Shown: positions 15,122 through 22,610 of the stretch, piece after piece
Position numbering within the stretch: position 1 is the stretch's first letter
How the letters are laid out: each line of letters opens with the position of its first letter
IMG/VR virus record: IMGVR_UViG_3300020581_000009
Coordinates: 1 to 22,610 of that record
Strand: one strand, 5' to 3'
DNA from: a virus
Taxonomy: Duplodnaviria; Heunggongvirae; Uroviricota; Caudoviricetes
Length of the DNA stretch: 22,610 nucleotides
Program-made: the position numbers and the translations under genes
The notes under the pieces: model-generated
What the model was told of the DNA's origin: nothing
The model's input: the letters and a program-made list of their open reading frames with translations, nothing else
Database searches by the model: none

Positions 15122-15310
15122 CTAATCGCACATAACGGATTGTGATGGCGTTTTTGTCTCGTTTCTAGCGTCTATCACAATCGCCCTGATGTATGCCGAA
15201 ACGGTTACCTTGTTTTCCTCGGCAGTGCGCTGTAGCCACTCAAACGTCATCGTATCTAGCCTTGATTGGATCAATCTTCTGTTGGACTTAGGGCTAGCCT
15301 TGAGTGGCAA
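15122..15310 (-). CDS. Ribbon-helix-helix (CopG/Arc-like) DNA-binding protein (62 aa)
   Basis: GAGGAG RBS with TTG start; LIQSRLD (strand), FEWLQRTAEE (helix), TVSAYIRAIV (helix). Confidence 0.7.
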   Translation of the reverse strand: MPLKASPKSNRRLIQSRLDTMTFEWLQRTAEENKVTVSAYIRAIVIDARNETKTPSQSVMCD

Positions 15311-15316
15311 CTACCG

Positions 15317-15859
15317 TCACTCCTCGATCGGAATGCTTCGACCCCACTCAGTGTGCACACGCGGCTTCACGGCTGGATGATCCCGCGTCAAGGTCCCGTC
15401 AGGGGTCGCCCCGAGGCGCTGTTCGGCCTCCTTGACCTGTTTCCGCGCCAGAGTCCGCATTTCAGTGCGGGCCTCCTGGGTCAACTCGATTGGCCGCTCC
15501 ATGAGGATAAGTCCGTCACGGATGATATGCGGCTCCTTGTAGTCCGCCGGTAAGTACCCGACATGGCGTTTCGGATCCACAGGTTCCCAGCCCTGTTCGC
15601 GCATTGCGGCGATATAGAACGGGTCTTCCTGGCCCATTGTGGAATAGCGCTTCCACTCGTAGCTTGAGCCTTCCGGAATCTGCTCTACTGGGAAGTAGAA
15701 CCGATCCTCGCTGATTGCTGCGGCACGGCGGCGGCGGCGCTTTTCCGGGGCCGCCTCTGGTCTCACGGCTTCGTGTACGGGCTCGTGGACCGGATCGCGG
15801 TCGATTGGAGCGCGCTTTGGGCGCGTGATCTGGGGTTCGCCTTGAGCGGTGTCTGACAT
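15317..15859 (-). CDS. Conserved phage head-module protein (180 aa)
   Basis: IPEGSSYEWKR...GWEPV...IRDGLILMERP pattern; sits between scaffold and cement genes. Confidence 0.75.
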   Translation of the reverse strand: MSDTAQGEPQITRPKRAPIDRDPVHEPVHEAVRPEAAPEKRRRRRAAAISEDRFYFPVEQIPEGSSYEWKRYSTMGQEDPFYIAAMREQGWEPVDPKRHVGYLPADYKEPHIIRDGLILMERPIELTQEARTEMRTLARKQVKEAEQRLGATPDGTLTRDHPAVKPRVHTEWGRSIPIEE

Positions 15860-16116
15860 TACATAGACTCCTTGTCAGTCTCGATTAGATCAACAAAATA
15901 GAACTGCCCCGGCAAAACCCTGCCAAATGCACCCGGATTGGTGACATACATGGTCAGGCTGGCGCTTGGCGTCCACTTCGACCACTGAGAGTTAGCGGAA
16001 CCTTCAGGCCCATAGACCGCCTGGAGGTCGATTGCCTCATTGACCTTTGCTCCGCTCTGGTCACAACCGGACTTAACGGAGGCTATGAACATCTTTAGGC
16101 GTAACGTTGCAGTCAT
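15859..16116 (-). CDS. Conserved small phage protein (85 aa)
   Basis: WSKWTPSASLTMYVTNP.A...G..YFVD motif of a common phage hypothetical family; coupled to its neighbours. Confidence 0.75.
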   Translation of the reverse strand: MTATLRLKMFIASVKSGCDQSGAKVNEAIDLQAVYGPEGSANSQWSKWTPSASLTMYVTNPGAFGRVLPGQFYFVDLIETDKESM

Positions 16117-16117
16117 C

Positions 16118-16564
16118 TCATCTCCTGTTTACTCGATGAATCCATCGGATTCTGATTTTCTGAACACGCTGGTATAAGTCTATCAGTATGGTTTTCACAT
16201 TGCGTGACGTAACCTGATAGTTAAGGACATAACTGGCGTAGATACTCTTGGCTTTCAGAACGAATTGCTCTTGAACGCCAAGTTCCTTTCGCGCAATGTG
16301 GCCTTCTCTCTCCAGTTGAACCAAGTTCTTGGCATACATTTTGTATGCGTCTTCTGCCGAAAGATATGGCCAGCAAAATCTCGCCACCTCCTGCTCATCC
16401 TTAGTAAGCACAACGCTCTTGGTAAATTCCATTAATGACAGAGATAATAGAATTATTCCCAAGAGCACTAATCCGATACCGAATCCAAAGGCATAGAACG
16501 CACCAAAGATTAGGCATATGCCGCCAGCCAACGCGATTGGCGCATCCACATATACTCGATCCAT
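16118..16564 (-). CDS. Membrane protein, moron-like (148 aa)
   Basis: TAA-ATG junction with the scaffold gene; hydrophobic N-terminal ~45 aa; visibly more AT-rich than its neighbours. Confidence 0.7.
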   Translation of the reverse strand: MDRVYVDAPIALAGGICLIFGAFYAFGFGIGLVLLGIILLSLSLMEFTKSVVLTKDEQEVARFCWPYLSAEDAYKMYAKNLVQLEREGHIARKELGVQEQFVLKAKSIYASYVLNYQVTSRNVKTILIDLYQRVQKIRIRWIHRVNRR

Positions 16565-17599
16565 TTAGTGCGTCACGCGGCCGATTTTCCCCTCAGACTC
16601 AAGATCCAAGAGGTTGCGGGCGTAGATTCCAAAGGCTTCCTTCTCAGGAAGGTGCGGGAATGAGAGTTTCGCCGCCTCACGCTGGTCTTTATTGAGTGTC
16701 ACGGAGCGGGTTGTACGGGCTCCGGAGGCCGCTGGAACGTCCCGGTTGACAGGGGCAGATGGCTGCACCTTCGCCGCCTTTGACTTCGGAGTGGCTTCCT
16801 CTGCCGGCGTAACAACGGCAGCGGCTGACACTGGCTCCCTGAGGCCAACCTTTTCTTCGATGGTCCGGAAGTAGTCGTCACTTTCAAGAGGGATACCGCT
16901 ATCGCCGGCCGTCTCATGGCCAAGCATCATTGCGGCGTGCTTAACCCTATTGCCACCGAGAGCGGGAGGCAGACAATCCATATGCGACCTAAGCCATGAT
17001 TGGCTCTTGGGAGAGAATCCAGCCAGATACTTCTCGACTGGACTCCCCGCTGGCGCCTCGACACGGCCCTCCGTAACCGGACGCTTCGGTGCCGACTCAA
17101 GCCGTATCTTGTCGGCCTCAAGGCGGTCGATCTGCGCTGCGGCCCTCGATAGGGCGACCTGTGCCGCAGAGGCCTTGGGAAACTCCCCCGCCTCCATTGC
17201 GCGCTCGAATTCGCGCTGTGCGGCCTCCTGAGCCTGTTTGGCGGCCTCGATTCCAGAGGTTACCGCCGTAAGCTCGCTGTTGCCGGCCCGTTCACGGAGT
17301 GATTCGTTCTCCTCCTCATGGACTCTGCGGGCTTCCTCGGCGGCGAGTCTCGCCTGCCGCTCACTGTTGGCGGTCTGCTCTGCGGCGAGACGGGCTGCGC
17401 GCTCGGTTTCGGCTGTTTTCGTTGCTGCCGTGAGCGCTGCGGCGGCTTCGTCTACCGCTGGGGTCTTTGGCTTTGGAGCGGTGACTACCGGCTTCGGTTC
17501 CGGCTCAACCGGATCAACGGCAAGATCGGGATGGTCCGTGACATCAACGGTGACCGTGCCCTCATCTTCGATCTCTATTACTGCGTCTTTCTCAGCCAT
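16565..17599 (-). CDS. Putative capsid scaffold protein (344 aa)
   Basis: Acidic, Ala/Glu-rich coiled coil; C-terminal TLNKDQREAAKL...YARN; position between portal and capsid genes. Confidence 0.75.
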   Translation of the reverse strand: MAEKDAVIEIEDEGTVTVDVTDHPDLAVDPVEPEPKPVVTAPKPKTPAVDEAAAALTAATKTAETERAARLAAEQTANSERQARLAAEEARRVHEEENESLRERAGNSELTAVTSGIEAAKQAQEAAQREFERAMEAGEFPKASAAQVALSRAAAQIDRLEADKIRLESAPKRPVTEGRVEAPAGSPVEKYLAGFSPKSQSWLRSHMDCLPPALGGNRVKHAAMMLGHETAGDSGIPLESDDYFRTIEEKVGLREPVSAAAVVTPAEEATPKSKAAKVQPSAPVNRDVPAASGARTTRSVTLNKDQREAAKLSFPHLPEKEAFGIYARNLLDLESEGKIGRVTH

Positions 17600-17612
17600 G
17601 TTCTTTCCTCAG

Positions 17613-18026
17613 TTACCAAACCACGTCTGGGCTTGCAATTCGCATCCTGATATGCATGTCTTCTACCATGCGGCAGAGAACCCCACGAATCTTGAGTTTC
17701 CGACCATCGGTGACAAACATTGCGCACCAATCGCCAACGTTTACGTCCAATCCCTTGAAATCGTAATTGGAGTCGGAGACAAAGGCGTGCGGGCCTTTCT
17801 TTAGGACCAGACCAGCCTTGCCTTGATGCTCGGATTCTTTTCTCGTAGAATCTGGTACATAGAGGCCCGAAGCCATCTGCTCTGGCTGCTCGTAAACCCC
17901 AAGAAGCACCCAGTTTCCGAACAACTCGATGTCGTCCAGATTTCCAACGGCATCCATGATCTGCTTCTTTGGGTCCACCGTGTGCTTCATGAGCATGGTC
18001 GGTCTCTTATTCACTGCCATAGCCAT
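17613..18026 (-). CDS. GroES-like co-chaperonin (137 aa)
   Basis: LFGNWVLL, ASGLYVPD (mobile-loop like), GLVLKKGP, VNVGDW match the Cpn10 pattern. Confidence 0.85.
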   Translation of the reverse strand: MAMAVNKRPTMLMKHTVDPKKQIMDAVGNLDDIELFGNWVLLGVYEQPEQMASGLYVPDSTRKESEHQGKAGLVLKKGPHAFVSDSNYDFKGLDVNVGDWCAMFVTDGRKLKIRGVLCRMVEDMHIRMRIASPDVVW

Positions 18027-18027
18027 A

Positions 18028-18414
18028 TTAGACTTCCTTCTTCTGTTGGATTTGAATCACCTTAATTCCAGCATCAATCGCCCGCCGCACACAATCGGCA
18101 GTGCCCGTCCCGCCCGGAAATGCGATTACCATGTCAGGGGTATATCTCTCGATCATCAGAGCGTTGCGAATTGGTCCAGCCGCCCTTCCATGCTCGCCCC
18201 ACTTCGCTGACTCAGTGACCACGGTAACGCCCTTGGTCATGTGTCCCCAGCGTCCAGCCAGACGATCTGCGCTGACCCAACCACTTGCCTCCGCCCCCGG
18301 ACAATCTCCGTGGATTAGGCAGTCAATCGGCGTCACTTTGTTGATTTCGTTCAAAGCGCCAAATACGGCATTGCGGTCGTTATATTCTCGACCGCCACAT
18401 ACAAGAACTCTCAT
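18028..18414 (-). CDS. SLOG-family (YspA/DUF2493-like) protein (128 aa)
   Basis: MRVLVCGGREY, LIHGDCPG, AD..A..W, W.EHGRAAGPIRNALM, VIAFPGGTGT. Confidence 0.85.
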   Translation of the reverse strand: MRVLVCGGREYNDRNAVFGALNEINKVTPIDCLIHGDCPGAEASGWVSADRLAGRWGHMTKGVTVVTESAKWGEHGRAAGPIRNALMIERYTPDMVIAFPGGTGTADCVRRAIDAGIKVIQIQQKKEV

Positions 18415-18638
18415 TCTGGTACGGCTTCCTTCTCAGGTTCGCCGTAGCGGGCCTTCTCGATCTCCTCGCAGTATCCCAGCACATCGTTTAGTGCTTCAAG
18501 ATATCCGACCTGTTGCCGATAATCGTCGTGCGATGATGCGCTGCCTTTAGCAAGGAGCACCATGCGGGCGTCTATTTTCTCGGTCAGGACTCGGTATAGA
18601 GCGCGATGAAATGCGTCATTTATGTCAGGCATTATCAA
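18411..18638 (-). CDS. Small conserved phage protein (75 aa)
   Basis: LAKGSA.S.DDYRQQVGYLEAL motif; 4-nt overlaps with both neighbours. Confidence 0.75.
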   Translation of the reverse strand: MIMPDINDAFHRALYRVLTEKIDARMVLLAKGSASSHDDYRQQVGYLEALNDVLGYCEEIEKARYGEPEKEAVPE

Positions 18639-18976
18639 TCCTTTGGATGCGGATAATCAGGGTCTGGATTCCGAGAGGATGACGATGTGAACCGTGACTT
18701 ACCGGATGGGTTGCTGCCCTCTTTCACAATATCATCTATTGACCGGTGATAGTCTGGCATGGGATTGCCACCGTCAACATATGGCTCGGCGGCCGGATCG
18801 GTGGCAGTAATACCGCCATCTGCAAACTTCTGCGGCGATGGGTACGTGTCGCCCTTCACCGCTAGTCTATCTGCCTTCTCGCTCGGCAGTTCATGGTGGG
18901 CTTCACCCTTCCCAACCATGGAGTTAAGCTTGGCCTCGCGAGAAGCCTTCATTTCTGCAAAGGCTGGGTGTGTCAT
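18635..18976 (-). CDS. Hypothetical protein with a FADGG motif (113 aa)
   Basis: Coupled by overlaps; low complexity; KFADGG. Confidence 0.7.
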   Translation of the reverse strand: MTHPAFAEMKASREAKLNSMVGKGEAHHELPSEKADRLAVKGDTYPSPQKFADGGITATDPAAEPYVDGGNPMPDYHRSIDDIVKEGSNPSGKSRFTSSSSRNPDPDYPHPKD

Positions 18977-19317
18977 GATTCTGCCTCAGTCAAATATTGC
19001 GTCCATAGCGAAATCATGTACTTAGCCAACTCTACGCGCTCTTGCTTAGTCCACTCACGATCAGACACGCCGCCGTCCGCGCCATATCCTATGTTCATGG
19101 TCGGGCTAATGCCAAATGTTCTACCATGGCAATAGACACGCCTTCCGGTTGAAAACTCAAACTCGTCGTCCAGAGGGAACCTATCGTCACCAATTTGCGG
19201 CTCTCTTGCTACCTCTGGAAATATTTGGTTATCAAAGTAGATCTGCCCATCCTCGGACTTTACCTGAGCTAGAGGCAGGAACCGCATGACTGTATCCTCC
19301 CTGGTAACAACTGCCAT
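18973..19317 (-). CDS. Hypothetical protein with a capsid-like N-terminal segment (114 aa)
   Basis: Coupled by overlaps; residues 11-30 match major capsid residues 49-68. Confidence 0.75.
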   Translation of the reverse strand: MAVVTREDTVMRFLPLAQVKSEDGQIYFDNQIFPEVAREPQIGDDRFPLDDEFEFSTGRRVYCHGRTFGISPTMNIGYGADGGVSDREWTKQERVELAKYMISLWTQYLTEAES

Positions 19318-20033
19318 CAGACCGCCTGCGGCTTCTCGTGGGCGCGCTTGCCGTAGTTCTCGATCTTCTCCAAACGCCCCTCACCCGACCCAGCGCCAGC
19401 CTCATACTTGCCAACCCGTCCGCCCTTGGCTCTAGCCTCCGTAAGTCCCTCTTCTTTGCGTTCCTCGGCTGCTACAGCGCCGCCCTTTGCATAAGTGCGA
19501 CCACCGCCGGCCCTTAACCCAGGCATCCCACCGCCCGGCGGCATTGGTCCAGGCGGCGGCCCACCCCCCGGAAGTCCAGGAGGCCCGCCCATGCCAGGAG
19601 GGGGCATCATTGGAGGCTTCGGCGGCATCGCCATCGGCGGAGGCGGAACGGCCGGATTTCCACCCGGAGGCAGGATCGGACCACCCGGTGCGGCCCCGCC
19701 GCCCTGAGGAGCAACAACGATATTCACATGAGTCGATGGCTTGTGCTTCGTGCGGCCACCGGAGGCACGCTTCACGGCACCGCCAGTCGCGTAAGTAGCG
19801 AGTGGGTTCGCGATGATAGGAGTCTTGGGCTTCCTTGAAGAACGGTCGGCCCTTGCACGAGGTGCGTTGCTCTCGGCGCCGAACTCAACCGGATCCTCTT
19901 CGCCCTCTTGCTTTGCGCGGTTCGTCGGTCCAGAAATGTTTGCCGCAGGATCGGCGGAGCCATAGTCGCGCGTTAAGCGGTGAAGCTTCTCGCTTTTGCT
20001 TTTGTCGGCAGAATTTGCCATCGGGTGCGCCAT
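19317..20033 (-). CDS. Pro/Gly-rich basic protein with repeated GG motifs (238 aa)
   Basis: YATGG, RASGG, YAKGG, RAKGG; central PPG/M low-complexity tract; follows the portal gene. Confidence 0.8.
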   Translation of the reverse strand: MAHPMANSADKSKSEKLHRLTRDYGSADPAANISGPTNRAKQEGEEDPVEFGAESNAPRARADRSSRKPKTPIIANPLATYATGGAVKRASGGRTKHKPSTHVNIVVAPQGGGAAPGGPILPPGGNPAVPPPPMAMPPKPPMMPPPGMGGPPGLPGGGPPPGPMPPGGGMPGLRAGGGRTYAKGGAVAAEERKEEGLTEARAKGGRVGKYEAGAGSGEGRLEKIENYGKRAHEKPQAV

Positions 20034-20037
20034 GTAC

Positions 20038-22485
20038 TTACCTCTTTGAAACTCCAGCGGAAGGCTTGGGCTTTGCCTTTTCCAGCGCTATAGCGTGTTC
20101 ACGATCCAATTCGCCCTGATTCGCCTCGTGGGCGTGTCCAAGTGCGGTCGTCAATAGTTCATGGCGCCGATCATGTGCTTGCTGATTGGCGTCATGGGTG
20201 TGTCCCAGCCCCATTTTGATTGCATCGTGACGATTAGACAAGGCCTTCATCCTGAACTGGTGTACCCGATCAGCCTGCCGGTTCTGTTGATCGGCCTGGA
20301 GTGCTTGGCCCTTCTGCTGGGAATCCGAATTATGAATGACCATTTCCCTCGCCAATCCAAGGTGTGCAACCTGCTCCTCGGACTGAAGCTTCTGCGTCTG
20401 GTAGTCGAGAGTCTGTCCAGCCAGCGCAGTCTTGGCCTGTGCCTCAGTAGATTTTGTCTGGCTGTCCGCGAGTCTCGCCTGCGCCGTCAGAAGATCGGCC
20501 TGCGCACTCATTGCCTCTGGGTTAGGCGGTACGGTTCCAGGTTCCGGCGGCGGCTTGAAGTATGATTCCGCGTCATCAACACCGAGAACATGCATGGCGT
20601 GCAGATCGACCTTGTCTTGGTCGATGTTAGGATTACCCTGCTGAATCTGCTTCAAGGCAGAAGTTTTAAGATACCGCTCGGTCTGCGAAGCCGTGTTAGG
20701 ATCGGCCTTCGGAATCAACTCGCAGTCATTTAAGGCGGCAACGAACATCGCATTTCGTTTGTCGTCAGCTTGATCCTGCTGGACAACGATCGGACTCGAC
20801 CCGATTGCATCAGTCAGAGCCTTCAGAACTTTGCTCTTTTTATTGTGCCTCCACAGCGCAGATGGATCCTCGGTAAGAAGCTCTTTAAGCATTGAAAATT
20901 CCTGACCCTGAGCGGTATGAAGCCTCTTGTGCACTGCACTCATAAGCTTTGTGGCTTGCTCGATCAGGGCCAGGGTCGTTCCTACGGGGGCGTCTTGTTT
21001 ACCTTCACCGATCTGGAGTTCGGCCGTACCACCGACCCTCTGGGCGGTAGTCGTAATGCTGTCGATAAGCTGAATGAAAACCGCCGATGGATCCTTGTAC
21101 GGCAGCGGCATAACCGAGGCGCGTATATCATTTCCTACGGTATCAATCGGCATTCCTCCCCCAGGGGGAATCCTGAACTGATTCGTCAATTGCTTTGCGA
21201 GCGACTTCAGATACAAGAATCCAGGGAAGTTCGCGAACATACCGGCGTCAATCATCAGACGCCAAGCAGCCGTTACTGCCTTTGTGGCATTTCCGAGAAT
21301 GTTAAGGAGACCAATTCCATAGAAGCCCAATCCGGGAACGAAGATATACGCCACAATCCTGTTACGCGGCATACATAAATCGTCGTCTTCTCGCCAGTTA
21401 CGGCGGATTTCAAGGATTTTTCGAGCCTCTTTGTCGATAGTAACCTTGTACGGGAGCGGGAGTCCTGTGAGCTTTCCCTTGTCATCTTCATGCTCGAATC
21501 CAGGCACCTCGATTTCGCAGTAGCACTCGTAAAGCTCTCTGTCCTGGTCAGAAGGCTCAATGTAACTTGGTGGCGCAATACCCTGCACCTGATCGATCTT
21601 CTGGTCGATTGGATTCTTGAGCGCTGGCATCCCCTGTACTGGGAGATTCGTGTCTCGATAGGCGCCAAGCATCTGCATCCGCTTAAGGACGCTCGGCCGC
21701 ATCATGATTCGGTGGGTTACTCGTCCGGCGCCGTCAATGTCAGTCGCAGCATTCGAGACGATTAGATCCTTGGCATCAATGGAAGCCAGGACAGGCCTTC
21801 GCTTAATCGGGCAGTGATACCCCTTCTTGAAGGCTATACCGGAGAATCCCAGCATAAGAAGGAGCCTATCCGTGTCGGGATAGTATTCCTTCGCCACAGA
21901 CGTAAGGTAGTGGTTTAGATCCTTCTCAAGAGCCATCGCCAGCGTCGTGGCGAGTTCGTCCCCCTGTCCATCATTCTTGACCTTGACAGGACCATCGGCG
22001 GGGAGAAGTTCACCACGGGCATTGGCCTGGAACCTAAGGGTTGCCTCCAAGAGGAGAGGATGATCGACTGTCGAGACGCCCTCTGCTGGAGCCGCCCCGG
22101 TCGCAGCCGCGCCCCTTGGAGTCTTTATCTCCAGTCCAAGCAGCGAAATGCCGTTGCTCATGTTCTGGAGCCAAGCGCTTCGGCTTTGGTCGTCTTGCTC
22201 GATCCCGAGAAGGATACGCTCGGAAATCGTGCTTAACTCTGATTCGCTCAGAGACTCGGCTAGATTGTCCTCGAATTCGCTTTCCTTCCGCTCTGATTGC
22301 GGAGGCCCAACGGTAATCTGCACATCCCCGTCAGGGAGAGTAATCTGCGTGGTTCCAGTCGTCTCGTCGTACGACTGCGCAACGTCTCCGCCATCGGTGA
22401 TGACCGTCACATCGCCAGTGTCAACCGGCGACGGAGTATCATGGACTCGGTAACTGTTGGGGCTCAACGGGTAGATATTGGACAC
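20038..22485 (-). CDS. Portal protein with a long C-terminal coiled coil (815 aa)
   Basis: VDHPLLLEATLRFQA, YYPDTDRLL..LGFSG.AFKK, LGFYGIGLL.ILG, SAVHKRLH.AQ.QEF; size and position fit a podovirus-type portal. Confidence 0.9.
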   Translation of the reverse strand: MSNIYPLSPNSYRVHDTPSPVDTGDVTVITDGGDVAQSYDETTGTTQITLPDGDVQITVGPPQSERKESEFEDNLAESLSESELSTISERILLGIEQDDQSRSAWLQNMSNGISLLGLEIKTPRGAAATGAAPAEGVSTVDHPLLLEATLRFQANARGELLPADGPVKVKNDGQGDELATTLAMALEKDLNHYLTSVAKEYYPDTDRLLLMLGFSGIAFKKGYHCPIKRRPVLASIDAKDLIVSNAATDIDGAGRVTHRIMMRPSVLKRMQMLGAYRDTNLPVQGMPALKNPIDQKIDQVQGIAPPSYIEPSDQDRELYECYCEIEVPGFEHEDDKGKLTGLPLPYKVTIDKEARKILEIRRNWREDDDLCMPRNRIVAYIFVPGLGFYGIGLLNILGNATKAVTAAWRLMIDAGMFANFPGFLYLKSLAKQLTNQFRIPPGGGMPIDTVGNDIRASVMPLPYKDPSAVFIQLIDSITTTAQRVGGTAELQIGEGKQDAPVGTTLALIEQATKLMSAVHKRLHTAQGQEFSMLKELLTEDPSALWRHNKKSKVLKALTDAIGSSPIVVQQDQADDKRNAMFVAALNDCELIPKADPNTASQTERYLKTSALKQIQQGNPNIDQDKVDLHAMHVLGVDDAESYFKPPPEPGTVPPNPEAMSAQADLLTAQARLADSQTKSTEAQAKTALAGQTLDYQTQKLQSEEQVAHLGLAREMVIHNSDSQQKGQALQADQQNRQADRVHQFRMKALSNRHDAIKMGLGHTHDANQQAHDRRHELLTTALGHAHEANQGELDREHAIALEKAKPKPSAGVSKR

Positions 22486-22490
22486 GTACG

Positions 22491-22610
22491 TTACGCTGCC
22501 TCAAACTTGTCTTGGTACCATTCTCCATATTGCCATAATGCATTGCGAAGGCCATTTATGGCTTCATGAAACGTTACATCACACTTTCTGTCACCATCAA
22601 TGGCGAATCC
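22491..22610 (-). CDS. 3' end of an unknown gene upstream of the portal
   Basis: Open frame GFAIDGDRKCDVTFHEAINGLRNALWQYGEWYQDKFEAA* ending 5 nt before the portal start. Confidence 0.5.
   Translation of the reverse strand, partial: GFAIDGDRKCDVTFHEAINGLRNALWQYGEWYQDKFEAA

Noticed and set aside
14868-15125. 85-aa plus-strand ORF
   Set aside because: It spans the IS end. The rejoined pre-insertion frame also looks non-protein-like and lies antisense to the structured tract.
20161-22569. Several plus-strand and alternate-frame ORFs over the portal gene
   Set aside because: Shadow ORFs of a long GC-rich gene, with no recognisable motifs.

Overview
Head and virion module of a tailed phage or prophage, read almost entirely on the minus strand. 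An alphaproteobacterial host is inferred from gene style, not proven. In transcription order it encodes: portal (815 aa), small basic GG-motif proteins, a SLOG-like protein, a GroES-like co-chaperonin, a scaffold, conserved head proteins, an RHH protein, a long structured non-coding tract, a putative cement protein, the major capsid protein, a free-standing HNH/AP2 endonuclease, a head-fibre-like protein, and five consecutive signal-peptide-bearing proteins. The non-coding tract is interrupted by two nested IS1595-family elements with perfect terminal inverted repeats and 8-bp target duplications (outer 9059-14948, inner 10747-13840). Both carry the same cargo layout: transposase, conserved micro-ORF, hairpin, 2-TM protein, basic peptide, and a HEPN-motif protein back-to-back with that peptide. 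The most notable observations are this shared cargo cassette, the secreted virion-like cluster, a 114-aa protein carrying a 20-aa copy of a capsid segment, and a candidate ~480-nt structured RNA. All family names come from motif recognition; no searches were run.
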